A DNA stretch of 64,000 bases. Source: Candidatus Heimdallarchaeum aukensis. GTDB taxonomy: Archaea; Asgardarchaeota; Heimdallarchaeia; Heimdallarchaeales; Heimdallarchaeaceae. The notes beneath the pieces were generated by a model. The model had not been told where the DNA came from, searched no databases, and saw only the letters and a list, made by a program, of their open reading frames with translations. Location: positions 768,001 through 832,000 of the forward strand of contig CP084166.1 in NCBI GenBank assembly GCA_021513695.1, written 5' to 3'. The translations under genes were made by a program, and so were the position numbers. This document shows, in pieces, positions 36,652 to 45,930 of this stretch. Each line of letters starts with the position of its first letter. The stretch's first letter is position 1.

Positions 36652-37395
36652 ATGCATTCTAACCCTTACATTATAGCTCATCGGGGTTTTTCTTCTAAAT
36701 ACCCCGAAAATACTATTCTAGCGATTAACAGGTCAGTAGGAATAGCAGATATTGTTGAATTTGATGTTCAACTTACAAAAGATAGGTATGTAGTTTTATT
36801 TCATGATGAAACAACAAAAAGGATTTTCCCAGAAATCGAGGAGAAGAGAATCCAAGACTTATATTATCATGAACTAAAAGAATTAAATGCTGGTAAATGG
36901 TTTTCATCAAAAATAGAAAAACAAACTATTCCCAAACTCGAGGAAGTAGTAGAAAAGATAAACAACAAAATCTCAATGATTATTGAATTAAAGAACAAGG
37001 GAAATAAAGAAAAAAAAGAAGAACTAGCTACTATAGTATTGAATATCCTAGATGACAACAATGTCTCTTTAAACAAAGGGTATCTTTCAGTTCGAGACTT
37101 AGAAATGCTTGAAATTATTAACTCTCTTTCTTCAAAATACAGAATTGGATTAATGCAGAAAACGAGAACACCGGAAGAATTTATAGAACTAGTTAAAAGT
37201 AACAATCTTGAATTTGCTCAAATAAGATGGAAGAATTGGACTGAGAGTAATTGGCAAGAACTTTTGTCTTTAGAAACTAAAATTACTGCTTTTTATGCTG
37301 ATGAAGAAAAAGAATACAATTTTTTAATTGAAAAACAAGTTTATGGAATTTTCACTAATTTTCCAGATAGATTAAGAAAACTGCTGAACATGTAG
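36652..37395 (+). CDS. Glycerophosphodiester phosphodiesterase (GDPD) family protein
   Basis: IIAHRGFSSKYPENT, EFDVQLTKDRYVVLFHDETT and GIFTNFPD. It starts 24 nt after the RtcB-like gene. Confidence 0.75.
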   Translation: MHSNPYIIAHRGFSSKYPENTILAINRSVGIADIVEFDVQLTKDRYVVLFHDETTKRIFPEIEEKRIQDLYYHELKELNAGKWFSSKIEKQTIPKLEEVVEKINNKISMIIELKNKGNKEKKEELATIVLNILDDNNVSLNKGYLSVRDLEMLEIINSLSSKYRIGLMQKTRTPEEFIELVKSNNLEFAQIRWKNWTESNWQELLSLETKITAFYADEEKEYNFLIEKQVYGIFTNFPDRLRKLLNM

Positions 37396-37403
37396 AATTT
37401 AAT

Positions 37404-38147
37404 TTATTGAGGTTTCTTTCCTACAGTCGCTGCATAAATTACAAATTGATCTTTTCCATTAATGTTTAACAATTTATTTAGTTCATCATCATGAAAAGCT
37501 CCTATAGCACATGTTCCACAATCTATATTTTCAGAAGCAAGATAGAGATTCTGACAAACATGTCCCGCATCTAAGAATAGATATCTATACCCTCTTTCTC
37601 CATATCTCCAGGCCATACGGTAAGGAACAGCAACCCAAAAGAATGTTACAGCACTTCTTTTTACAGTACTTTGGTTATAAGATGCTTTTGTAAACTTTTC
37701 TGCTAGATTTTTTGAATTATCAATAGGCATCAGACTATGTTTAGAAGCAATATATCTATAGAGACCTGGTTCTATGTTGTCTACATTATTAATTAACAAG
37801 AAAGTTTCAAAAGCATGCCTAGCTCCTGCTGAAGGAACAGTTCTGAGAGTATAAGCTTGTCTCATAAATTCTTTTATTCCTTGAGAAGACCAGAGTAGCC
37901 AGCTTAACTCTAGTAAGCTTATTGGATCAGGAGCATATTTTCTTAAAGATCTTCTGTTTGTGATGCACTCTTTTAAAGAAACTTGAGGAATATTACTAAA
38001 ATCTCTACTCAATTCAATTAATTCTGCATTTTCGTCCCATGGGAGCTCTAAAGGGGGAGAGGGAGCTCCTTTACCTTGATCACTTCGAGAAAGATACTTA
38101 TACTTAGTTTTTTCAATAAACTCTTTTCCAATATTTTTGTATGTCAT
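37404..38147 (-). CDS. SagB-type dehydrogenase / nitroreductase-family protein
   Basis: NRRSLRKY is a nitroreductase-family motif. The 247-aa size and a C-terminal Cys pair fit SagB/ThcOx-type proteins. Confidence 0.55.
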   Translation of the reverse strand: MTYKNIGKEFIEKTKYKYLSRSDQGKGAPSPPLELPWDENAELIELSRDFSNIPQVSLKECITNRRSLRKYAPDPISLLELSWLLWSSQGIKEFMRQAYTLRTVPSAGARHAFETFLLINNVDNIEPGLYRYIASKHSLMPIDNSKNLAEKFTKASYNQSTVKRSAVTFFWVAVPYRMAWRYGERGYRYLFLDAGHVCQNLYLASENIDCGTCAIGAFHDDELNKLLNINGKDQFVIYAATVGKKPQ

Positions 38148-38242
38148 TGCTATAGTATAGAAATAAGATTTTTTAAATTGTTCCTTTTAATAATGCATTA
38201 ATACTTTAAAAAACTTAAAAAAGCATAAAAACAATTTGTCGT

Positions 38243-38788
38243 GTGATACAGAGGAACTACAAAATAATACTTATTGGAAATGCTCTTGTTGGAAAAACTG
38301 CTATTGTAACACGTTTTGCTAAAGATTACTTTGAACAGAACTATTTGAGAACGCTAGGAATCAATTACTACATAAAGACACAAGTAATTACTAATGTAGA
38401 AGTAAAGATGATTATTACAGACACCGCAGGACAAGAAGCGTTTCAACGCCTAAGAAGTTCGTATTACAAGGGGGCAAGAGGAGCAATAATTGTTTATGCA
38501 ATAAATGACAGACATAGCTTTGGACAAGTTGATTATTGGAAGAATGAAATGTTCAAGACTTTAAAAGAAATCCCAATAATAATTGTCGGAAATAAAATTG
38601 ACTTAATCGATCAAAGAAGAATATCAACAAGTGAAGGACGCTTGTTAGCGAAAAAATTGGGTTGTTTATTTATTGAATCATCTGCTAAAACAGGAGAAAA
38701 TATTGATAAAATCTTTGAAATGATAGTTAAAGATATACTAAGAAAAGATAATTTAATAACAGAAGAAAAAGAAGAAAGTTCTACTTAA
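38243..38788 (+). CDS. Ras/Rab-like small GTPase
   Basis: G1 is GNALVGKT, switch I is RTLGIN, G3 is DTAGQE, G4 is GNKIDL and G5 is SAKTG. There is no C-terminal prenylation Cys. Confidence 0.8.
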   Translation: MIQRNYKIILIGNALVGKTAIVTRFAKDYFEQNYLRTLGINYYIKTQVITNVEVKMIITDTAGQEAFQRLRSSYYKGARGAIIVYAINDRHSFGQVDYWKNEMFKTLKEIPIIIVGNKIDLIDQRRISTSEGRLLAKKLGCLFIESSAKTGENIDKIFEMIVKDILRKDNLITEEKEESST

Positions 38789-38918
38789 GTAATTAAAGTA
38801 GATGAAGGACAAAATCCATTAAATGAAGATCAAGAAGTAGAAAAAAATTAGAAACTACAAAGAATATCTCAAAAAGAAAGATTAATTATAGAAATTATGC
38901 ACAAAGAAGGTTCTAAGA

Positions 38919-39683
38919 ATGCTAGAAAGAGTTTTTTTTATTTATTACCAGTATATCTTTTTATCTTTAGGTATAGTAACTTTTTTTCTATTACTTAGAA
39001 TTACAGCTCCTTATGGGAAACATTTTTCAGAAAAATTTGGTCCTTCAATTAAAGGTTCTTGGGCTTGGTTGATTATGGAATCACCAGCAGCAATTACGAC
39101 TACGATTCTATTCTTACTTTCGCTAAAAGAACTATCACTAGTTCCTGTGCTTTTGGTTTGCATTTTTTGTATTCACTACTACCCTAGAGATTTTATTTAC
39201 CCTTTTTGGGCTAGAAGAGAAGCAAAAACACCTTTGATTATTATGTTCTCTGCTATATTCTTTAATATTAGCAATGCTTATCTTCAGACTAGATGGTTAC
39301 TCAAATTCGCTCCTGAAGATAAGTATACTATTAGTTGGCTTTATAGTCCCCAATTTATTGTTGGAAGTTTACTATTTATTTTAGGATTTATATTTAATCG
39401 AAAAGCTGAATTCTCATTAAGAAAACTAAGAAAGAAAGGAGAAAGTAGTTACAAAATACCCTATGGGGGAATGTTTGAGCTTATATCTTGTCCTAACTAC
39501 TTCTTTGAAATTATTGAATGGATAGGTTGGGCAATAATAACTTGGTCAATTCCAGGGCTTGTATTTATGATTTGGACTATAGCTAATCTTGGCCCAAGAG
39601 CAGTTAGCACGCATAACTGGTATAAAAATAACTTTCCAAATTATCCAAAATCAAGAAAAGCTCTTATTCCATTTGTTTTTTGA
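38919..39683 (+). CDS. 3-oxo-5-alpha-steroid 4-dehydrogenase (SRD5A) family membrane reductase, second paralog
   Basis: The C-terminus YKIPYGGMFELISCPNYFFEIIEWIGWAIITWSIPGLVFMIWTIANLGPRAVSTHNWYKNNFPNYPKSRKALIPFVF shares the signature seen in 19716..20537. Confidence 0.75.
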   Translation: MLERVFFIYYQYIFLSLGIVTFFLLLRITAPYGKHFSEKFGPSIKGSWAWLIMESPAAITTTILFLLSLKELSLVPVLLVCIFCIHYYPRDFIYPFWARREAKTPLIIMFSAIFFNISNAYLQTRWLLKFAPEDKYTISWLYSPQFIVGSLLFILGFIFNRKAEFSLRKLRKKGESSYKIPYGGMFELISCPNYFFEIIEWIGWAIITWSIPGLVFMIWTIANLGPRAVSTHNWYKNNFPNYPKSRKALIPFVF

Positions 39684-39754
39684 ATATTCTCTTTTTAATG
39701 AAAAATGAAGAGTTTAGGGAAAGTTTTTTTATTCAGTCGATTTAATTTTATTCT

Positions 39755-40669
39755 ATGAAAAAAATAACAAAAATCTTTTTTTCTGTTTGCTTTCTTCTTT
39801 TAATCTCTATCCTAACCTTTAGTCAATTTTCTAAAGGGCTATATTCTCCAGATTTGAAGGATAATACAGTATATACCTGGAATGTTCAAACTCTCGCAAA
39901 AGTAGGTACTTTTGATACACCTTACTTATCTATTGATGATAGTACAATAAAACAAGGTGATGTCATTAAGTTACGGCTATTAAATAACACAGATGAAGTA
40001 GCAAATGGATCCGTAAGTAATCTATGGGGAAGAAGTAACGTTTGGTTCGACCTCTTTATAAACAACGAATTTGTTACAAATGATTCTGATGTACCATTAT
40101 TTGCCTTAGATTGGATGGGAATTCCCAGAATATATTTTGATTGGGCTAACCAGTATGACTTTTATTGGGTACTTCCAGTAGAATTTACTAACGAAACAGG
40201 GACATATGAATTCTTTGAAGTAACACATAGTCTTTTTAATAATTTAAAACTAAGTCAAAGTTCTGTTCAAGATTACCACGGATATTATAGTTCGGTCAGT
40301 TGGAACTTAAAACAGATATCAAAATTATCTAACTTAACTTGGTCATTAGTTGTTAAATGGTCATATAAAGAAAAAACAGAAGATAGAACCTCACCAGATT
40401 GGAGTATCATAAATCTAGAAGAAACAATAAGCACAGAATTTAGATTTAATAGAAAAACAGGACTACTAGTATATTTGTCTTATAAATATACTCTAAAGCA
40501 AAATGAAAAATCTGAAGGTGTTGAAACTAACGAAAACGAAAGTTTAGATTTGCTAATAACAAGTAATGAATTACCTACAAAAGCTTCTACAAACTTTATA
40601 TTATATATGATAACCATCCTTACAGTTACAAGTATTAAAATAGTCTATAGTAAACGCAAGAAGAAATAG
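39755..40669 (+). CDS. Secreted hypothetical protein with a C-terminal TM anchor
   Basis: The signal peptide MKKITKIFFSVCFLLLISILTFSQ and a C-terminal TM helix, FILYMITILTVTSIKIV, followed by KRKKK. Confidence 0.4.
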   Translation: MKKITKIFFSVCFLLLISILTFSQFSKGLYSPDLKDNTVYTWNVQTLAKVGTFDTPYLSIDDSTIKQGDVIKLRLLNNTDEVANGSVSNLWGRSNVWFDLFINNEFVTNDSDVPLFALDWMGIPRIYFDWANQYDFYWVLPVEFTNETGTYEFFEVTHSLFNNLKLSQSSVQDYHGYYSSVSWNLKQISKLSNLTWSLVVKWSYKEKTEDRTSPDWSIINLEETISTEFRFNRKTGLLVYLSYKYTLKQNEKSEGVETNENESLDLLITSNELPTKASTNFILYMITILTVTSIKIVYSKRKKK

Positions 40670-40723
40670 TAGCTTTCTTCTTCTCTTTTTAATTTTTCAA
40701 AAAAGTTTATTAGTCCAAAAAAA

Positions 40724-41101
40724 ATGAGTTATTTAATGAGTTCCAGCAATTTAAGTGAAAGATATATTGACCTAGAGCAGATTTGCAACGAATATGATAT
40801 CAGACTTTTTAAACCTTTAAGTTGGATATTAATTTTAAACCTCGAACTAATTCCAGAAGAAGATATTCAAGCTGATCCAAAACTAAAATTTTCCCACGCT
40901 TTACTTGAGGGTAATAAAGAAGAAGCTTTGAAAATAGCAAATGAGTTAAAAGGAAAAGATACTACCATCTCGAAATACTTTAAGCAACTACTAGAAATCG
41001 ATCCTGAATTAAAAAATACTCTAGAAATAAGTAAAAAGTTCTTTGACTTTTCAAAAAGAAGAATAGAATTTATCAAAGAACATGGTATTAAAGCATATTA
41101 G
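40724..41101 (+). CDS. Hypothetical protein
   Basis: A 125-aa helical ORF. Confidence 0.3.
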   Translation: MSYLMSSSNLSERYIDLEQICNEYDIRLFKPLSWILILNLELIPEEDIQADPKLKFSHALLEGNKEEALKIANELKGKDTTISKYFKQLLEIDPELKNTLEISKKFFDFSKRRIEFIKEHGIKAY

Positions 41102-41126
41102 TCTTATTATTTTTACTTTTTCTATT

Positions 41127-41441
41127 TTAGTAGATACTTTCTCTCATCCATTCAATATATTCATCGGAGGCATACTTTATAGGTAAAGCTATAATCTCTG
41201 GGATTTCATATGTATGATGTTTCTTTAATTCTTCAACAATATCATGGAATTTATCAGAAAAAGTTTTAGCAATAACTAAATACTCTTCTGCCTTCTCAAT
41301 CTTCCCTTTCCACCAATATTTTGAGTGTATTTTCGAAATTTGAACACAGACTACAAGCTTTTCTTCTAGAAGAAAATTACTTATCCTTTCTGCTTCTTCT
41401 TTGCTATCAATACTTACATGCAAATGTATTGGTTCATTCAT
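41127..41441 (-). CDS. cutA: Divalent-cation tolerance protein CutA
   Basis: A 104-aa protein. IHLHVSIDSKEEAERISNFLLEEKLVVCVQ and YEIPEIIALPI resemble the CutA1 fold. Confidence 0.7.
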   Translation of the reverse strand: MNEPIHLHVSIDSKEEAERISNFLLEEKLVVCVQISKIHSKYWWKGKIEKAEEYLVIAKTFSDKFHDIVEELKKHHTYEIPEIIALPIKYASDEYIEWMRESIY

Positions 41442-41506
41442 TGTTTTTTTTTCCTCTTTTCTCTTTTTAAGTATATAGGAGAAGATATATATCGAAATAT
41501 TTAGAT

Positions 41507-41692
41507 GTGGCTATATGTTTAGCATATAAGGAATGTAAAAAACAGTTAGAGTATGTTCAAAGCACTCTAAGGAAAATAAACAAAGAAAATGAATACGAGA
41601 TAGAATATGTTACAGAACTGAATAAAATCGCTGAAGAAGGAATATTTCTAACACCTGCACTAATAATTGAAGACAAAGTAATAAGTGAATGA
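41507..41692 (+). pseudogene. Degenerate thioredoxin-like 'redox-active disulfide protein 2' paralog. It has a GTG start and has lost the first Cys of the CxxC.
   Basis: AICLAYKECKKQLEYVQSTL aligns with VIGAGCKKCKLQLDYVKEAL of the intact copy at 45599..45844. The N-terminal beta-strand is missing and the first Cys is replaced, leaving AYKEC. Confidence 0.3.
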
Positions 41693-41794
41693 AAAAAATA
41701 AGTAAAAACAAACTTGAAAAAATGCTTTAAAAGATTCTTTTTTTCTTTTTTTTTTATTCTTTTCAAACTGTTCTTTATTTAGAAGTTTAACCCC

Positions 41795-42595
41795 TTATTC
41801 AATAGTTGCCAAGAGTTTGTCTTTATCTTCAGATGCAATAAATATCATTGAGTTTATATAATCTGTCAAAATTTCTTTTTCTGTCTCTGTTGGTTTAAAA
41901 TTTAGCGCATGAGTTAAAATAAATATCAACTCTGTTGCTTGCTCTGGATAGTGATCAAATAAATAGATAATACTGTTGAACGGGATAAAATTTAATAATG
42001 CTGAACTAAGTCTACGTACTTCACTTTCGCTTTTTTCAGATATAGGCTTCAAAATTGAATAAAATTCTCTAAGCTGCAAAGTGATAAATTCATAATATGT
42101 CGAACCAAATGGAAACCTTTGTTCATGTAAGCTTAAAGCAATATACAAATAGACGTTAATGTAAAACTGAATCTTCAGAATAATGGTTAAATTAGTATCA
42201 GACCTTGGAGTAAAATACAATTGATATCTTTTAAATTTGTCAGAGAATTCAATAATTTCTGAAATAATTTCTTGAGAAAATAATCCGCTTTCGTTTTCGA
42301 CTATTTCATTAAAAATAGAAGGATATAATTTGGATAGCATGAATAGGATTGTCTGTTTATCCATCTTGTTTTCTTCTATTATTTTTTTCGCAGTTAAAGC
42401 AAATACTACTAGAAGTTCAATTGGATCTTGTATTTCTTTTAGTTCTTGGCTTGATTGGGCATTAGGCATTGAAAACAAAATTTTCTCATATTCTCCATTC
42501 TCTATTCTTTCCTCACATTCTTTTGATATTAATTGAAAAAAGGAATGAGTTGGAAGATAAATTCTAATTTTCTCACGCAAGGAATACGAATACAT
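41795..42595 (-). CDS. Hypothetical protein
   Basis: A 266-aa helical ORF. It is co-transcribed with the TPR protein, 8 nt downstream of that gene's stop. Confidence 0.4.
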   Translation of the reverse strand: MYSYSLREKIRIYLPTHSFFQLISKECEERIENGEYEKILFSMPNAQSSQELKEIQDPIELLVVFALTAKKIIEENKMDKQTILFMLSKLYPSIFNEIVENESGLFSQEIISEIIEFSDKFKRYQLYFTPRSDTNLTIILKIQFYINVYLYIALSLHEQRFPFGSTYYEFITLQLREFYSILKPISEKSESEVRRLSSALLNFIPFNSIIYLFDHYPEQATELIFILTHALNFKPTETEKEILTDYINSMIFIASEDKDKLLATIE

Positions 42596-42603
42596 TCTAA
42601 CAC

Positions 42604-43920
42604 CTACAAATTAAAATGATGAAATAGGTCTAGAAAATTACCTATCATTTCAGAATATGCAAGCTCTCCGTGATCAATCATCCATTGATAAATTTCTTCA
42701 ATTCCTTGCAAGAGAGATCTTACATTTGTATTTAAATTCAATTGAGTAATCTGGTAGGATAGATAAAAGAATTTTGTCATTTTTGCTTTAACAATATCAC
42801 CATAATTCTCAAAAATCGCCATTATTCTCTTCATTTCTTCTTCGATATCTAAATTCTCCAACTCTTTATCTACTTCATAGTTCATTAAGAAGCCTGAAAA
42901 ATCTCTTAACATCGACCTAGACTTATTTTGGATTAGAGCTGGTAGAAAAACAAAAGAAGTTAAAGCTTCTTCGTATTCTATATTTTCAGAAAGAAAATAA
43001 TTCTTTGCTTTCATAAAATATTGTGTAGCTTCTTTAAATTGTCCTATTGTCTGGTTTAATCCTGCAAGCAATCTATAAATTTTGGAAGCCAAATCATAAT
43101 TTTCTATACTTTCAACTGTAGACAATAACCTTTCTCCTTTTTCTATGGCTTCTTCAGGGCTTATTTGTTCTGCACGCAATTCCAATTCTATCCTATAAGC
43201 ATTTAAAGCTAAAGGTTGAATGTCTTCAGGACCATATTTTTGAATATATGAATCAATATATTCGACAGTTGTTGAGGGCTCTTCCGTAAATTGAGATAAA
43301 ATTATTTTTTTCTCGAATGCCGACCTTTCAAAAGGCGTTTCTTCAAAGTACTTGAGAGCTTTATCTAATTTAGAAAAAGCAGTCATTACATCTCCTTTTT
43401 CAGCATCGATTTGAGCTTCTAAAACATTTAATTCGTGGTAGTAAACTTCATTACCAAATTCTTTTGCTTTATCTTTAAGAGTAGAGATAAGTTCCTTAGC
43501 TTCATCAAGATTATGATAAATAATCATTATTTGAGCCCTTAATTGCCAGTATCTAAAATAGATCTGAACATTTGCGCTTATGTTGATATCTTCCTGTTCT
43601 ATAGAGTCTAACCATTCTAAACCTAAAGTGTACTCCCCATATAAAATGTAAGTCGCTGCTAACTCAATTACAGCTTCTATATTTTCTTGTAGAAGTAATT
43701 GATCTCGTGTTTGAAAATAAAGTTCTTCCAGAATTTCGATAGCTTCTTTCTTTCTTCCAACAAGAGAAAGACATCTAGCGATTTTTATTTTGATTCTTCT
43801 CTCTTCTTCTTCCATCCCTTTTGTAAAAAAAATTGTATGAGCTTTTAAATAATAGTGTAAAGCTTGTTTAAATTTATATTTAGTAAAAAGTTCGTCGCCT
43901 TTATCTCTTTCAAAGCTCAT
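42604..43920 (-). CDS. TPR-repeat protein
   Basis: Repeated TPR-like A..Y.KA..YF periodicity, for example ALHYYLKAHTIF, AIELAATYILYGEY and ATQYFMKAKNYF. Confidence 0.45.
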   Translation of the reverse strand: MSFERDKGDELFTKYKFKQALHYYLKAHTIFFTKGMEEEERRIKIKIARCLSLVGRKKEAIEILEELYFQTRDQLLLQENIEAVIELAATYILYGEYTLGLEWLDSIEQEDINISANVQIYFRYWQLRAQIMIIYHNLDEAKELISTLKDKAKEFGNEVYYHELNVLEAQIDAEKGDVMTAFSKLDKALKYFEETPFERSAFEKKIILSQFTEEPSTTVEYIDSYIQKYGPEDIQPLALNAYRIELELRAEQISPEEAIEKGERLLSTVESIENYDLASKIYRLLAGLNQTIGQFKEATQYFMKAKNYFLSENIEYEEALTSFVFLPALIQNKSRSMLRDFSGFLMNYEVDKELENLDIEEEMKRIMAIFENYGDIVKAKMTKFFYLSYQITQLNLNTNVRSLLQGIEEIYQWMIDHGELAYSEMIGNFLDLFHHFNL

Positions 43921-44243
43921 TTAATGCCCTCTATTACTTCAATAAAAAATGAAGATAGAAATATATAAACTTGAAGATAATGCAAAAAAAATAAAAAAAG
44001 AAAAGGAAAACCTAGAAAATATTCTTATATTCTATTTTTTCTGAATATTTCTGCATCTCTTTACCTTTACTTCTTGATCAATGTGCAAAGAGCTTATTTC
44101 TAGCTCTAAGGATAAAAGTAGTTTTGTGGATTTGTTAAACACAATGCTGATGTAGATGTATTGGTTCATTCATTTTTTTATCATATAGATTAAAGTGTAG
44201 AACATATCGAAATTTTTAAATATGTCGTGTTGAGTTTTGGCTT

Positions 44244-45587
44244 ATGTTTTGGCAAACAATTCTAGATATGATCTATAATGGATGGTTAAGTTTACTCGAT
44301 TACCTTTCATTTCATGTGCTCCTTTGTTTAATACCCGCTTTCTTTATTGCAGGAGCTATGATGGTGTTTGTGCCTAAAAATGCAATCTTAAAATATTTAG
44401 GGAAAGACTCGAAGAAAATTGTCTCGTATCCAGTAGCTGCAATTGCAGGTTTACTCATTGCAGTATGCTCTTGTACTGTTCTCCCCCTATTTGCAAGCAT
44501 AAAGAAAAAGGGAGCAGGATTAGGTCCAGCTATAACTTTTCTTTTTTCAGCTCCAGCTGTTAATATTCTAGCTCTGGTTTATACAGGAAGTATAATTGGA
44601 GCAGATATTGCCATAGCAAGGGCAATTTTGTCTTTATTATTTGCTATAATAATTGGATATATAATGGAGTTAATATTTGATAGGAAAAAACCAGAGAAAA
44701 AGAAAGGAAAAGAAGAAAAAAATCAAGAAATTGATCAACAAAAAGAAAGGAAAGAAGAAAAGAAAAAGCTCACAGTCAACTGGAGCAAACTAGGAACAAT
44801 TAGTCTGGGCGTTTTCGGATTATTATTAGGTATTCTTCTTTTAACTCTTGATAAGAAATTATTAGATTCAATGGGAATAGCTTCTCCGCTTATTTTTCAA
44901 ACAATAATGTGGATTATAGGGTTGGCTAGTTTAATTATTTTTTCTTTAATATACAATCAAAAAGAACTCTCTCTATTCTTTCTATTAATATACGTATTAT
45001 TTACTGGTACATCTCAAATAGCCTACTTTTCAGCCTATTGGGGAATTGGAAATTTGACTGTTAATCCATCTTTTCTTAACATGTTAACGAAAGCTCTTTT
45101 AACACTTATTGCAACCATTTATGTAGTTATTTTCACAATTTCAAGATTCGATAAAGAAGAAAGAAGAGAATGGATGAAGGAAACTTGGTCATTCTTTAAA
45201 TCGATCTTTCCTCTGATTGTTATTGGAGTTTTCGTTGCAGGAATGTTAGAGGTAATTATCCCTGAAAAATGGGTTCAATCAGTTGTTGGGAGGAATAGTG
45301 TCGTTGGAAACCTAACGGGTGTTCTTTTTGGAGTATTCATGTATTTTCCAACATTAATGGAGGTACCTATTGCTAGAATGTTTCTCAATTTAGGGATGTC
45401 AAGAGGTGTGCTTCTTGCTTATCTACTTGCAGACCCTGAATTGAGTATTCAATCTATTTTGGTTACTCGAAAATATTTAGGCAACAAGAAAAATTTTATA
45501 TTTGTGCTTTTAGTTACGATCTTCTGTACCATTGCTGGACTGATTTTCGGTCTTGTAGTTAGTAAAGAAAGTATAAAATGGTATTAA
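44244..45587 (+). CDS. DUF318/COG0701 permease (ArsP-like, CSC motif) with a K/E-rich cytoplasmic insert
   Basis: Multiple TM helices and a conserved LLIAVCSCTVLPLF (CSC, as in ArsP's TPFcSCS). A low-complexity loop, KKPEKKKGKEEKNQEIDQQKERKEEKKK, sits mid-protein. The thioredoxin-like partner gene lies immediately downstream. Confidence 0.6.
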   Translation: MFWQTILDMIYNGWLSLLDYLSFHVLLCLIPAFFIAGAMMVFVPKNAILKYLGKDSKKIVSYPVAAIAGLLIAVCSCTVLPLFASIKKKGAGLGPAITFLFSAPAVNILALVYTGSIIGADIAIARAILSLLFAIIIGYIMELIFDRKKPEKKKGKEEKNQEIDQQKERKEEKKKLTVNWSKLGTISLGVFGLLLGILLLTLDKKLLDSMGIASPLIFQTIMWIIGLASLIIFSLIYNQKELSLFFLLIYVLFTGTSQIAYFSAYWGIGNLTVNPSFLNMLTKALLTLIATIYVVIFTISRFDKEERREWMKETWSFFKSIFPLIVIGVFVAGMLEVIIPEKWVQSVVGRNSVVGNLTGVLFGVFMYFPTLMEVPIARMFLNLGMSRGVLLAYLLADPELSIQSILVTRKYLGNKKNFIFVLLVTIFCTIAGLIFGLVVSKESIKWY

Positions 45588-45598
45588 GAGGTGAAAAA

Positions 45599-45844
45599 AT
45601 GTCGGATAAAAAAACAATTAAAGTTATAGGTGCAGGATGTAAGAAATGTAAACTGCAATTAGACTATGTAAAAGAAGCTTTAGCAAAGCTAAACAAAGAA
45701 GATGAATATGAAATCAAATATATTACAAATGTAGATGAAATAGTGGAAGAAGATGTATTTCTTACACCAGCTGTAAAGATAGACAATGAAACAATAAATG
45801 AAGGTAAGGTAATAGGAATCAATAAGCTTGTAAAAATTCTTTAA
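45599..45844 (+). CDS. Thioredoxin-fold 'redox-active disulfide protein 2' (CxxC)
   Basis: IKVIGAGCKKCKLQLDYVKEAL carries a CxxC in the characteristic position. The ATG at 45599 has a GAGGTGA Shine-Dalgarno 6 nt upstream. The track ORF starts earlier, at 45578, where it overlaps the permease stop. Confidence 0.6.
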   Translation: MSDKKTIKVIGAGCKKCKLQLDYVKEALAKLNKEDEYEIKYITNVDEIVEEDVFLTPAVKIDNETINEGKVIGINKLVKIL

Positions 45845-45930
45845 TATTTCTCTTTTTTTAATAGTATATATACTCGAAAATAATACAAAAAAGACTAAAG
45901 AAAAAGAAGAAAAAAAGGAAAATCTAAAGA

